Assembly (NCBI GenBank): GCA_944393415.1
Contig: CALYAD010000032.1
Location: 2,818-66,817, forward strand
Length of the DNA: 64,000 bases
Reading direction: 5' to 3'
Source: an uncultured Clostridia bacterium
Lineage (GTDB): Bacteria; Bacillota; Clostridia; Oscillospirales; CAG-272
Position numbers and translations under genes: made by a program. This document shows, piece after piece, positions 45,907 to 57,483 of this stretch (positions within the stretch are counted from its first letter, which is position 1; each line of letters starts with the position of its first letter). Under the pieces are notes generated by a model. That model was given only the letters and a program-made list of their open reading frames with translations. It had not been told where the DNA came from and ran no database searches.

Positions 45907-48003
45907 ATGGCAACGGTAACAGAAGAATTCGGAAGTATGGTTTTTGACGACAGAGTTATGCGCGCAACGCTTCCCGCTAAGGTCTACGCTTCTCTCAAAA
46001 AGACTATAGATGAGGGCAAGGAGCTTGATCTTACTGTGGCGAACGCGGTCGCCTCCGCTATGAAGGATTGGGCGGTCGCGCGCGGAGCTACACATTATAC
46101 ACATTGGTTCCAACCGCTGACGGGAGTGACCGCGGAAAAGCACGACAGCTTTATTACGCCGGCTCCGGACGGCGGGGTGATCATGGAGTTTTCCGGCAAA
46201 GAGCTGATCAAGGGTGAGCCGGACGCCTCATCCTTCCCATCCGGCGGTCTGCGCGCAACCTTTGAGGCAAGAGGTTATACCGCTTGGGATCCCACCTCTT
46301 ACGCGTTTATAAAGGGCAAGACCCTTTGTATTCCCACCGCTTTCTGTTCCTACGGCGGAGAGGCGCTGGATAAGAAAACTCCCCTGCTTCGTTCGATGGA
46401 GGCTCTTAACGTGCAGGCGCTCCGTATACTTAAGCTGTTCGGGAACGATACGGTAAAGCGCGTCACGACCTCGGTAGGTCCGGAACAGGAATATTTCCTT
46501 GTTGACAGAGAAATGTACAACAAACGCAAGGACCTTATCTATACCGGACGCACACTGTTCGGAGCAAAGCCTCCGAAGGGACAGGAGATGGACGATCATT
46601 ACTTCGGTGTAATCAAGCCCCGGGTGGCAGCGTTTATGGAGGATCTCAATGAAGAGCTGTGGAAGCTGGGTATCTTGGCTAAGACGGAGCATAACGAGGT
46701 TGCCCCCGCTCAGCACGAGCTTGCGCCGATATATACCACCACCAATATCGCGACCGATCACAACCAGCTGACCATGGAGATAATGCAAAAGGTAGCGTCC
46801 AGACACGGACTTGTTTGTCTGCTTCATGAAAAACCCTTCGCGGGGGTAAATGGAAGCGGAAAGCACAACAACTGGTCGATTGGCACCGACTCGGGTCAGA
46901 ACCTGCTTTCCCCCGGGGAGACGCCTTACGAGAACGCTCAGTTTCTGCTGTTTCTGTGCGCGGTTATAAAGGCGGTCGATGATTATCAGGATCTTCTCAG
47001 GATCGCTGTCGCCACTGCCGGCAATGACCATCGTCTGGGAGCAAACGAAGCTCCTCCCGCCGTAGTATCGGTGTTTCTCGGCGACGAGCTGAACGCGGTT
47101 CTGGAGGCTATTGAAAATGATACCCCATACAGCGGTGCGGAAAGAAAGCAGATGAAGCTTGGTTCGGATGTGCTTCCGAAGTTTAACCGGGATACCACGG
47201 ACCGTAACCGTACCTCCCCGTTTGCGTTTACGGGCAACAAGTTCGAGTTCCGTATGCTCGGTTCCTCCAACAGTATAGCCTGCGCCAATATAATGCTGAA
47301 CGCGGCTGTGGCCGAATCTCTTAAGATATATTCGGATGCTCTTGAGAGCGCCGATGATTTTGAGACGGCGCTTCATGAGCTGATCAGGGATACGATAAAA
47401 GCTCACAAGAGAATTATTTTTAACGGCAACGGTTACGACGATTCCTGGATAAAAGAGGCGACCGAAAAGAGAGGACTTTGCAATTACCGTACTACCGCGG
47501 ACTGTATGCCTCATCTGCTTGACGATAAGAACGTGAAAATGCTTACCTCTCACAAGGTGTATTCCGAGGCGGAGTTAAGATCCAGATGCGAGATCATGTT
47601 GGAGAACTACTGCAAAACTGTTGTAATTGAGGCAAATACGATGGTGGATATGGTGAAGAAGCAGATTCTGCCCGCTGTCTCTGGTTATGCAAGTGAGCTT
47701 GCGGAAACTATAGGTAAAAAACTGTCGCTGGGCAGTGATATTTCCTGCGGATATGAAAAGGCGACCGTTAAAAAGCTGTCGCTGCTTGCAGATCAGATCG
47801 CGGAATATACTTCCGAGCTCGAGGCGGCCTTACTGAAGCTCAAGACTTCGGACGATATCTGCGAGGAGGCATATGCTATCCGTGATACGGTGCTTGGTGA
47901 AATGAGCAAGCTGCGCATAGTTTGCGACGAGGCGGAAACAGCTACCTCTGAAAAATACTGGCCTTTTCCGACCTACGGCGAATTGCTGTTCGGGGTCAAA
48001 TAG
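45907..48003 (+). CDS. glnN: Glutamine synthetase, type III
   Basis: 698 aa. N-terminus [20 protein letters not shown]..., plus [15 protein letters not shown] and [16 protein letters not shown], are typical of GSIII. Confidence 0.9.
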   Translation: MATVTEEFGSMVFDDRVMRATLPAKVYASLKKTIDEGKELDLTVANAVASAMKDWAVARGATHYTHWFQPLTGVTAEKHDSFITPAPDGGVIMEFSGKELIKGEPDASSFPSGGLRATFEARGYTAWDPTSYAFIKGKTLCIPTAFCSYGGEALDKKTPLLRSMEALNVQALRILKLFGNDTVKRVTTSVGPEQEYFLVDREMYNKRKDLIYTGRTLFGAKPPKGQEMDDHYFGVIKPRVAAFMEDLNEELWKLGILAKTEHNEVAPAQHELAPIYTTTNIATDHNQLTMEIMQKVASRHGLVCLLHEKPFAGVNGSGKHNNWSIGTDSGQNLLSPGETPYENAQFLLFLCAVIKAVDDYQDLLRIAVATAGNDHRLGANEAPPAVVSVFLGDELNAVLEAIENDTPYSGAERKQMKLGSDVLPKFNRDTTDRNRTSPFAFTGNKFEFRMLGSSNSIACANIMLNAAVAESLKIYSDALESADDFETALHELIRDTIKAHKRIIFNGNGYDDSWIKEATEKRGLCNYRTTADCMPHLLDDKNVKMLTSHKVYSEAELRSRCEIMLENYCKTVVIEANTMVDMVKKQILPAVSGYASELAETIGKKLSLGSDISCGYEKATVKKLSLLADQIAEYTSELEAALLKLKTSDDICEEAYAIRDTVLGEMSKLRIVCDEAETATSEKYWPFPTYGELLFGVK

Positions 48004-48065
48004 AAATTACACGTTTAGTCCAATGATATCCATATGTTCCGCCAAAGGCGGCAGGAGGTATTTAA

Positions 48066-49781
48066 ATGCTTATTGATACGCTATGGGTGTTTTTGGCCGC
48101 GATCCTGGTTTTCTTTATGAACCTTGGGTTCGCTTCTGTGGAAGCGGGATTTGCGAGGTCAAAAAACACTGTGAATATTCTTTCAAAAAACTTTATCGTT
48201 TTTGCCGTTTCTTCGCTTGGTTTCCTTCTTTTGGGGTGGGGGCTGATGTTCGGAGGCGACAACCCTATTATAGGCACAGAGAATTTGTGGATTTTAGGTA
48301 ATGTTGATTTATCGGCATACAACGATACATTGACCTCTAATGTCCCGTTCTGGGGTAAATTTTTCTTCCAGCTTGTATTTTGCGGGACTGCCGCTACGAT
48401 AGTATCAGGAGCGGTCGCGGAGAGAGTAAAGTACATATCATTTATCATATTTTCGTTTGTGCTCACGCTGTTTATATACCCGGTAGTAGGACACTGGATC
48501 TGGGGCGGAGGCTGGCTTGCGGACATTGGATTTATGGATTTCGCGGGAGATACCGCTGTACATTCGGTCGGCGGCTGGGCGGCGCTTGCCGGAGCTATGA
48601 TTTTAGGTCCCCGTATCGGTAAATACGATAAAAACGGAAAGCCGCGCGCGATTCCCGGGCACAACATGTCGCTGGCGGTGATCGGTCTGTTCGTTCTCTG
48701 GCTCGGATGGTTTGGTTTTAACCCTGGTTCGACCATGAGCTTTCAGAATCCGTCCGATATCATGCACATCCTGATGACCACGAATACCTCGGCGATCGCG
48801 GCTGTTTTAACCTCTACGGTTACCGCCTGGATTTTCATCGGAAAGCCCGATCTGGGTATGACAATAAACGGTTGTCTGGCAGGCCTCGTCGCGATAACCG
48901 GAGGATGCGCTTATATAAGCATTGAGATCTCATTGCTGATCGGGGCAATCGCCGGCGTTCTCGTTGTATTCGCGGTGATGTTCTTTGACCGTGTGGGAAT
49001 CGACGATCCCGTGGGAGCGACGTCAGTGCATCTCGGATGCGGGGTATTCGGAACTATCTGTGTGGGATTGTTCGCAAAGGAAGGCGTAACCACGCTCTCT
49101 ACCGCCAACGGTCTGTTTTACGGAGGCGGATTCAGGCTTCTCGGTGTGCAGCTTTTGGGAATACTGGCGGTCGGAGCGTTTGTGTTTGCCGCTTCTTCTG
49201 TAGTTTGGTTAGTTTTGAAAAAGACAGTAGGTATACGCGTTTCGGCGGAGGAAGAGATTGCCGGCTTAGATATCGGTGAGCACGGCAACCATGCGTATCC
49301 CGATTTTGTCACGGCTGTTGAAAGCATTGACTACGGTTATGAAGGAGCCGTAGCGGTTACCGGAGAGACGCCTGTCGCCGAGGCTATCCCTGTTAAAAAG
49401 CTTCCGTCCTTTGACGGCGGCGCGCCTAAATTGACCAAGATCGAGATCATATGTAAGGAAGCACGCTTCGAGGCCTTGAAAACCGCGATGATGAATATCG
49501 GTATTACCGGAATGACGGTGTCCCACGTTCTTGGATGCGGAGCTCAGAAGGGTAAGCCGGAATACTACCGCGGCGTTCAGGTAGAAGCGAATCTGCTGCC
49601 TAAGATACAGGTAGATATAGTCGTCAGCAAGGTTCCGGTGCGCGATGTTATAGAGACCGCGAAAAAGGTTCTGTATACCGGACATATAGGAGACGGAAAG
49701 ATCTTCGTTTACGATGTTGAAAATGTCGTTAAGGTACGTACCGGGGAGGAAGGCTTTGACGCGCTTCAGGATGTAGAGTAA
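48066..49781 (+). CDS. amt: Ammonium transporter fused to a C-terminal P-II (GlnB/GlnK) domain
   Basis: Amt core (DFAGDTAVHSVGGWAALAGAMILGPRIGKY; VHLGCGVFGT). A ~40-aa linker. Then a complete P-II domain (KIEIICKEARFEALKTAMMNIGITGMTVSHVLGCGAQKGKPEYYRG...GHIGDGKIFVYDVENVVKVRTGE). Confidence 0.9.
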   Translation: MLIDTLWVFLAAILVFFMNLGFASVEAGFARSKNTVNILSKNFIVFAVSSLGFLLLGWGLMFGGDNPIIGTENLWILGNVDLSAYNDTLTSNVPFWGKFFFQLVFCGTAATIVSGAVAERVKYISFIIFSFVLTLFIYPVVGHWIWGGGWLADIGFMDFAGDTAVHSVGGWAALAGAMILGPRIGKYDKNGKPRAIPGHNMSLAVIGLFVLWLGWFGFNPGSTMSFQNPSDIMHILMTTNTSAIAAVLTSTVTAWIFIGKPDLGMTINGCLAGLVAITGGCAYISIEISLLIGAIAGVLVVFAVMFFDRVGIDDPVGATSVHLGCGVFGTICVGLFAKEGVTTLSTANGLFYGGGFRLLGVQLLGILAVGAFVFAASSVVWLVLKKTVGIRVSAEEEIAGLDIGEHGNHAYPDFVTAVESIDYGYEGAVAVTGETPVAEAIPVKKLPSFDGGAPKLTKIEIICKEARFEALKTAMMNIGITGMTVSHVLGCGAQKGKPEYYRGVQVEANLLPKIQVDIVVSKVPVRDVIETAKKVLYTGHIGDGKIFVYDVENVVKVRTGEEGFDALQDVE

Positions 49782-49814
49782 AAGAAAGTCGATCTAAATA
49801 AAATAAATTAAAAG

Positions 49815-50060
49815 CGTTTGAGAAAAGAAGAGTAATGCGATCCCCCGCCTGCAGCGAGTACGGGAAGGTGGAAGCCGTATGGCGGGCTCGCGTGAAAAAC
49901 ACTTTTCGAGCCGCAAGCCGAAAGGAAGCTCCTCAGTAGGCGCGCCGTCAGGTCGCGCGTTAAGCGATACAGCCTTGTAGGAGGCGTAAAAAAGAACAAA
50001 TATAGGTGGCACCGCGAGAACAGCACTTGCCCTATAGAATGCTGAAAATACTTTGATTTT
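49815..50060 (+). promoter_or_regulatory. T-box leader, probable asparagine specifier (AAC), without an obvious terminator
   Basis: Stem I elements (AGAGUA; CAGCGAG...GGUGGAAG). Specifier GAAA-AAC-A (AAC at 49898-49900). AGUA box. GAAC...UAUAGGUGGCACCGCG (T-box at 50005-50016). Canonical antiterminator UAUAGG[UGGCACC]GCGAG...CUUGCCCUAUA. Confidence 0.7.
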
Positions 50061-50075
50061 TCGGAGGAAAAGATT

Positions 50076-51659
50076 ATGTGTTCGATCATGGGTTACTGTG
50101 GGAGCGGCGCCGCTTTAGCGCCGTTTACCGAAGGCTTTGAGAGAACCGTCTCACGTGGACCGGACGCGTCAAAAATAATTGACACAGGCAATGGTCTGCT
50201 TGGTTTTCACAGGCTTTCCATAATGGGGCTTACTCCCTTGGGTATGCAGCCGTTTGAGCTGGACGGAAGCTACATTGTATGTAACGGTGAGATATACGGC
50301 TTTGATAAGCAAAAGAAAGCGCTGGAGGAAAAGGGGTATACCTTTAAAAGCGACAGCGACTGTGAGATACTGCTTCCGATGTATCGTGAATACGGTACGT
50401 CCATGTTCGGTATGCTCGACGCGGAATACGCGTGTATAATATATGACGGCAAAACGCGGGAATATATAGCGGCAAGGGATCCGATCGGTATAAGACCGCT
50501 TTACTATGGGTATGACAAAAAAGGCGTTATAGTGTTCGCAAGCGAGCCGAAAAACCTTGTGGGACTGTGCGAGAGGATCATGCCGTTCCCGCCGGGACAT
50601 TACTATAAAGGCGGCAGCTTCGTTTGTTATTCCGATGTGTCAAGGGCGGATGCGTTTATTGACGACGATATCGAGACCGTATGCGGCAGGATACGCGATA
50701 AGCTGATTGCCGGTGTTGAAAAAAGACTTGTGGCGGACGCCAAGGTAGGCTTCCTGCTTTCCGGCGGACTTGATTCCTCGCTTGTCTGCGCCATCGCACA
50801 GAAAAAGAGCGAAACGCCTATAAAGACATTCGCGATCGGTATGAGCGAGGACGCCATCGACCTGAAATACGCAAGGCAAGCCGCTGATTTTATCGGAAGT
50901 GAGCATAGAGAGTTCTATATGACTCCCGCGGAAGTGCTGTCTTCGCTTGATAAGGTTGTAGAACTGCTTGGGACTTTTGACATAACCACGATCAGGGCAA
51001 GTATGGGTATGTATCTCGTATGTAAAGCGATCCATGAGCAGACGGATATACGCGTGCTGCTGACGGGGGAGATATCGGATGAGCTGTTCGGATATAAATA
51101 TACTGATTTTGCTCCGGATGCCGTCGAATTTCAAAAAGAGGCGGAGAAGCGGATACGGGAGCTTCATATGTACGATGTGCTTCGCGCGGACCGCTGCATT
51201 TCGGTAAACTCACTGGAAGCGCGAGTGCCGTTCGGGGATCTGGATTTTGTAAAGTATGTCATGGCAGTCGATCCCGAGCTTAAGATGAACAGATACGGAA
51301 AAGGAAAGTATCTGCTTAGGCATGCATTTGAAGGGAAAGGCTATCTTCCCTACGAGATACTGTGGCGTGAAAAGGCGGCGTTCTCCGACGCTGTGGGACA
51401 TTCAATGGTAGACTACCTTAAAGAATACGCCGAGGATTGTTACACAGACGAGGAATTTGAAATGAAACGGCGTAAATACGCTCACGCGACTCCGTTTACA
51501 AAGGAATCTCTCCTCTACCGCGAGATATTTGAAAAATACTATCCCGGTCAGGGAGAAATGATCATAGATTTCTGGATGCCGAACAGATCATGGAAGGGCT
51601 GTGATGTTAACGACCCCTCCGCCCGTGTACTTGCAAACTATGGAAACAGCGGTGTGTGA
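50076..51659 (+). CDS. asnB: Asparagine synthase (glutamine-hydrolysing)
   Basis: N-terminal MCSIMGY (Ntn Cys), and the SGGLDSS PP-loop. Confidence 0.9.
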   Translation: MCSIMGYCGSGAALAPFTEGFERTVSRGPDASKIIDTGNGLLGFHRLSIMGLTPLGMQPFELDGSYIVCNGEIYGFDKQKKALEEKGYTFKSDSDCEILLPMYREYGTSMFGMLDAEYACIIYDGKTREYIAARDPIGIRPLYYGYDKKGVIVFASEPKNLVGLCERIMPFPPGHYYKGGSFVCYSDVSRADAFIDDDIETVCGRIRDKLIAGVEKRLVADAKVGFLLSGGLDSSLVCAIAQKKSETPIKTFAIGMSEDAIDLKYARQAADFIGSEHREFYMTPAEVLSSLDKVVELLGTFDITTIRASMGMYLVCKAIHEQTDIRVLLTGEISDELFGYKYTDFAPDAVEFQKEAEKRIRELHMYDVLRADRCISVNSLEARVPFGDLDFVKYVMAVDPELKMNRYGKGKYLLRHAFEGKGYLPYEILWREKAAFSDAVGHSMVDYLKEYAEDCYTDEEFEMKRRKYAHATPFTKESLLYREIFEKYYPGQGEMIIDFWMPNRSWKGCDVNDPSARVLANYGNSGV

Positions 51660-51713
51660 ACAGCTCGGAAAAAATAACGTAGACTTTAACGTACGAAAGG
51701 AATGCTGATATTT

Positions 51714-52427
51714 ATGCAAAAAGGAAAACAACTTTATGAGGGGAAAGCAAAGAGGGTATATGAAACCGACGACCCCGAGCTTCTTATAGTGGACTATAAG
51801 GACGACGCGACCGCATTCAACGGACTTAAGAAGGGAACAATCGTCGGCAAGGGCGTCATCAATAACAGAATGAGCAATTTACTGATGCAAAGACTGGAAA
51901 AGGCGGGCATACCCACACATTTTGTAAAAGAGCTCAGTGAACGCGAGACGCTCGTAAAAAAGGTGTCAATCGTTCCGCTTGAGGTCATTATCAGGAATAT
52001 TGCCGCGGGCTCGTTTTCCAAGCGATACGGTGTTGACGAGGGCGTGGTGTTTGCTTCTCCCACGATCGAATTCTCCTATAAGAACGACGATCTCGGAGAC
52101 CCGCTGATAAACGAGTATCACGCGTATGCGCTAAAGCTGGCGACTCCGGAGGAGGTAGATACCATAAAAAAGTATTCCTTTGAGATAAATGAAGAGCTGA
52201 AGGCGTTCTGGAAGGAATGCGGAGTTACTCTTGTGGATTTCAAGCTCGAATTCGGCAGGCTGAAGGATGGGAGTATAGTGCTTGCCGATGAGATCAGTCC
52301 CGATACATGTCGGCTTTGGGACAGTAAAACGGGGGAAAAGCTTGATAAGGACCGATTCCGCCGAGATCTCGGCGGTGTAGAGGACGCGTACGCGGAGGTT
52401 ATGAAGCGTCTGACTGAGCATCTTTAA
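51714..52427 (+). CDS. purC: Phosphoribosylaminoimidazole-succinocarboxamide (SAICAR) synthase
   Basis: LYEGKAKRVYETDD...LIVDYKDDATAFNG. ATG at 51714 follows GAAAGGAAT. Confidence 0.9.
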   Translation: MQKGKQLYEGKAKRVYETDDPELLIVDYKDDATAFNGLKKGTIVGKGVINNRMSNLLMQRLEKAGIPTHFVKELSERETLVKKVSIVPLEVIIRNIAAGSFSKRYGVDEGVVFASPTIEFSYKNDDLGDPLINEYHAYALKLATPEEVDTIKKYSFEINEELKAFWKECGVTLVDFKLEFGRLKDGSIVLADEISPDTCRLWDSKTGEKLDKDRFRRDLGGVEDAYAEVMKRLTEHL

Positions 52428-52478
52428 TCGGGGTGAGATCAGGCGCTGAGGATACGTAAGAAAGGAATGGTCATGGCA

Positions 52479-52613
52479 ATGACAAAAGAATACCAATACC
52501 GCTTGAAAATAAAGGGAGCTCTGCGCTTATACGGCGCAGAGCTGTCGGCTGTTATAGAGAAATCATTTGGTTTTTACCCCAAAATAAACTATTTGACTGT
52601 TTTTAAAGGTTGA
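52479..52613 (+). CDS. Candidate unannotated small ORF (44 aa) between purC and guaA
   Basis: [44 protein letters not shown]. It is preceded by the exact AGAAAGGAATGGTCAT-N4-ATG cassette used by three bona fide genes. Its stop TGA lies within the guaA SD (TGAGGAG). It contains a 10-bp hairpin, so it may be non-coding. Confidence 0.3.
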   Translation: MTKEYQYRLKIKGALRLYGAELSAVIEKSFGFYPKINYLTVFKG

Positions 52614-52621
52614 GGAGAGAT

Positions 52622-54154
52622 ATGGAAAAAATTCTTGTTTTGGATTTCGGCGGTCAGTATAACCAGCTTATAGCGCGCAGAGTACGTGAGCAGCATGTTT
52701 ATGCGGAGATCAGAGCGTATAATAAGATATCGGTTGAGGAAATAGTAAAAAACGGATATAAGGGCATAATTTTTACGGGAGGTCCCAACAGCGTTTATGA
52801 CGAGGACTCACCTCACTATGATCCGGGTATTCTTAACATCGGCATCCCGATACTCGGTATCTGCTACGGTGATCAGCTGATGGCATTTATAGCGGGCGGG
52901 GTTATTTCCTCCGCGGGCAGTGGGAGCGAATACGGAAAAACCATTGTTTATACATCTTCATGCGCTTTATTTAAGGATGTGCCCCATGAAAGCGTATGTT
53001 GGATGAGCCATACCGATTACGTAAGCAGTCCTCCGGAAAAGTTCAAAGTAATAGCGTACACCGACAGATGTTCCTGCGCCGCGATATGCGACGAGGAAAG
53101 AAAACTGTACGGAGTGCAGTTTCATCCCGAGGTTACGCACACAGAGTTTGGCGGACAGATATTTCATAACTTTCTTTTTGAGGTATGCGGTTGCTCAGGC
53201 GATTGGAGGATGGAGGATTTTATTGAACGCTCCGTGGCTAGATACCGCGAAGAGCTTGCGGGCAAAAAGGCTCTTCTCGGGCTTTCGGGAGGTGTGGATT
53301 CCTCGGTCGCGGCGGCGCTGCTTTATAAAGCGATCGGAAACGATCTTACATGTGTATTCGTTGATCACGGTCTTCTGCGAAAGGACGAAGGTGATTTTGT
53401 GGAAAAGACCTTCCGTGGACAATTTGGAATGAGACTTGTCCGCGTGAACGCTGAAAGCAGGTTTCTCAGCAAGCTCAAGGGCGTCACCGAGCCGGAGAGC
53501 AAGCGTAAAATTATAGGAGAGGAATTTATAAGGGTGTTTGAGGAGGAGGCAGGTAAGCTCGGTAAGCATCAGGCGCTTGTTCAGGGAACAATATATCCTG
53601 ATGTCATTGAAAGCGGTAAGGGAGATTCCGCGGTAATAAAAAGTCATCATAACGTTGGAGGATTGCCTGATAACATTGCTTTCGACGAGATAGTCGAGCC
53701 TCTGAGAAATCTGTTCAAGGACGAGGTCAGAGCGGTCGGAACAGAGCTGGGTATTCCGAATGAGCTTGTCTGGAGGCAGCCGTTCCCCGGACCGGGGCTT
53801 GCCGTAAGGATTATCGGAGAGGTAACAAAGGAGAAACTGGAGCTTCTTCGCGGAGCGGACGCGATCTTCCGTGAGGAGATATCGAGAGCGGGGCTTGAAA
53901 AAACGGCTGATCAGTATTTTGCCGTGCTTACCGATCTGCAAAGCGTTGGGGTAAAAGGCGACGCGAGAGCTTACGGCCGTACCGTGGCGCTGAGAGCGGT
54001 CAGCACCGACGATTTTATGACGGCGGAATGGACGAGACTTCCTTATGATGTTCTTGAAAGGGCAAGTAACAGGATCACGGGAGAAATAGAAGGTATAACA
54101 AGAGTGGTGTATGATATTACATCAAAGCCCCCGGCAACGGTGGAATGGGAGTAA
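52622..54154 (+). CDS. guaA: GMP synthase (glutamine-hydrolysing)
   Basis: GATase-1 ([10 protein letters not shown]) and the SGGVDSS PP-loop. The C-terminus is ATVEWE. Confidence 0.93.
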   Translation: MEKILVLDFGGQYNQLIARRVREQHVYAEIRAYNKISVEEIVKNGYKGIIFTGGPNSVYDEDSPHYDPGILNIGIPILGICYGDQLMAFIAGGVISSAGSGSEYGKTIVYTSSCALFKDVPHESVCWMSHTDYVSSPPEKFKVIAYTDRCSCAAICDEERKLYGVQFHPEVTHTEFGGQIFHNFLFEVCGCSGDWRMEDFIERSVARYREELAGKKALLGLSGGVDSSVAAALLYKAIGNDLTCVFVDHGLLRKDEGDFVEKTFRGQFGMRLVRVNAESRFLSKLKGVTEPESKRKIIGEEFIRVFEEEAGKLGKHQALVQGTIYPDVIESGKGDSAVIKSHHNVGGLPDNIAFDEIVEPLRNLFKDEVRAVGTELGIPNELVWRQPFPGPGLAVRIIGEVTKEKLELLRGADAIFREEISRAGLEKTADQYFAVLTDLQSVGVKGDARAYGRTVALRAVSTDDFMTAEWTRLPYDVLERASNRITGEIEGITRVVYDITSKPPATVEWE

Positions 54155-54162
54155 AGCGGTAA

Positions 54163-55806
<1,644 letters not shown>

Positions 55807-55888
55807 AAAATCCGAAAACTCCGCCCGATTTGACAAGGGCGATCCTCACAAAACGCTGATTTGGCAAGAGAAAGGAATGGTCATAAGT

Positions 55889-57319
55889 ATGAACGTCGAT
55901 TCAAAGCCTCACGAGGAATGCGGTGTGTTCGGTGTGATAGCTCCCGGACCTATTGACGCGGCAAGCTTCTGTTATTATGGTCTGTATGCGCTCCAGCACA
56001 GGGGACAGGAGGGCTGCGGTATAACCGTCAACTGTAAAGGTATGTTTGTTTCTCATAAGGATACCGGACTTGTGAGCGAAGTGTTTAACGCTGAGCGTTT
56101 GTCCGGGTTTCCTCAGGGAGAGATGGCGGTGGCTCACGTACGCTACGGAACAACGGGAGAAAGGAGCCGCAGCAATTGCCAGCCCATCGAGGTAAATCAC
56201 AGAAAAGGGAAAATGGCGCTTGCTCATAACGGAAATCTGTCAAACGCGGCGTATCTGCGCGGTGAGCTTGAAATGTCCGGCGCTATCTTCCATACGACAA
56301 GCGACACGGAAACGATAGCTTATATCGTAACGAAAGAACGTCTTACCGCACAATCCACCGAGGACGCGCTCAGCGCGGCGATGAATAAACTGGAGGGAGC
56401 ATACTCGCTTGTGCTTATGGCGCCTGATAAGCTGATTTGCGCCAGAGACCCTTGGGGCTTCCGTCCGTTGTGTTACGGTAGGACAGCCGACGGTATTTAC
56501 GTGGTGGCGTCGGAAAGCTGCGCTTTAAAGACGGTAGGAGCTGAATTTGAAAGAGATGTCGACCCGGGGGAAATTCTGGTGTTTTCCGGAGATGGGGTTA
56601 TTAGTCGAAAAGAGCATTGCGGAAAACGAGGGAAAAAGCTATGTATATTTGAATATATTTATTTTGCGAGATGCGATTCACGCTTAGACGGTGTTTCGGT
56701 TTACGTGTCAAGGCTCCGCGCGGGAGAGATACTTGCGCGTACACATCCTGCCGAAGCGGATATTGTTATAGGCGTACCCGACTCCGGTCTGGATGCGGCG
56801 CTCGGATACAGTCATGGCTCAGGCATCCCATACGGCATAGGGATGATAAAAAACAATTATATTGGAAGGACATTTATTTCTCCGGGTCAGACGGCGAGGC
56901 TGGATCAGCTGAAGATCAAGCTTTCCGTAATAGAAGAGAGCGTAAAGGGCAAACGTGTGATACTTGTGGATGACTCCATTGTCAGAGGAAACACGATGGG
57001 TCGTATAGTGGGGCTTCTGCGCGAGGCGGGGGCAAAGGAGGTTCATATACGGATATCGTCTCCGCCGTTTCTGCATCCCTGCTACTACGGCACTGATATA
57101 GACTCTGAGGAGCATCTGATAGCCTGCAAGCACACCCCGCAGGAAATAGCGAGGATCACTGGAGCGGACAGTCTTGGATACCTGCCGGTCTCGTCACTCG
57201 GCGAGCTTATCGGAAACCGTGAATACTGTCAGGCATGCTTTACGGGAGATTACCCCACAGAGGTACCGTCAAATGACCGTAAGGATAAATTTGAACAAAA
57301 CTATTCAGACAATAATTAG
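55889..57319 (+). CDS. purF: Amidophosphoribosyltransferase
   Basis: A pro-peptide plus CGVFGV (Ntn Cys), the PRPP motif VILVDDSIVRGNT, and Fe-S cysteines near the C-terminus. ATG at 55889 follows AGAAAGGAATGGTCAT. Confidence 0.93.
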   Translation: MNVDSKPHEECGVFGVIAPGPIDAASFCYYGLYALQHRGQEGCGITVNCKGMFVSHKDTGLVSEVFNAERLSGFPQGEMAVAHVRYGTTGERSRSNCQPIEVNHRKGKMALAHNGNLSNAAYLRGELEMSGAIFHTTSDTETIAYIVTKERLTAQSTEDALSAAMNKLEGAYSLVLMAPDKLICARDPWGFRPLCYGRTADGIYVVASESCALKTVGAEFERDVDPGEILVFSGDGVISRKEHCGKRGKKLCIFEYIYFARCDSRLDGVSVYVSRLRAGEILARTHPAEADIVIGVPDSGLDAALGYSHGSGIPYGIGMIKNNYIGRTFISPGQTARLDQLKIKLSVIEESVKGKRVILVDDSIVRGNTMGRIVGLLREAGAKEVHIRISSPPFLHPCYYGTDIDSEEHLIACKHTPQEIARITGADSLGYLPVSSLGELIGNREYCQACFTGDYPTEVPSNDRKDKFEQNYSDNN

Positions 57320-57483
57320 ATCAGAGCGTGTCGGATAATGCTTTCGATGCTGCTGTATTTGATTTTTCCGGGATAAGATATCAGGGAAACGAATAAAATA
57401 AGGTGTATTATCGGGATCGAAATACTGTTATTTGAATACACGAAAATCGGTATTTACACCCAAAGACGGAATGAGGAGTCGAT

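Noticed and set aside
46228-47553. 441-aa ORF antisense to type III glutamine synthetase
   Set aside because: This is a shadow ORF inside a gene with unmistakable GSIII motifs.
48062-48736. 224-aa ORF antisense to the ammonium transporter
   Set aside because: This is a shadow ORF, and the sense strand has clear Amt motifs.
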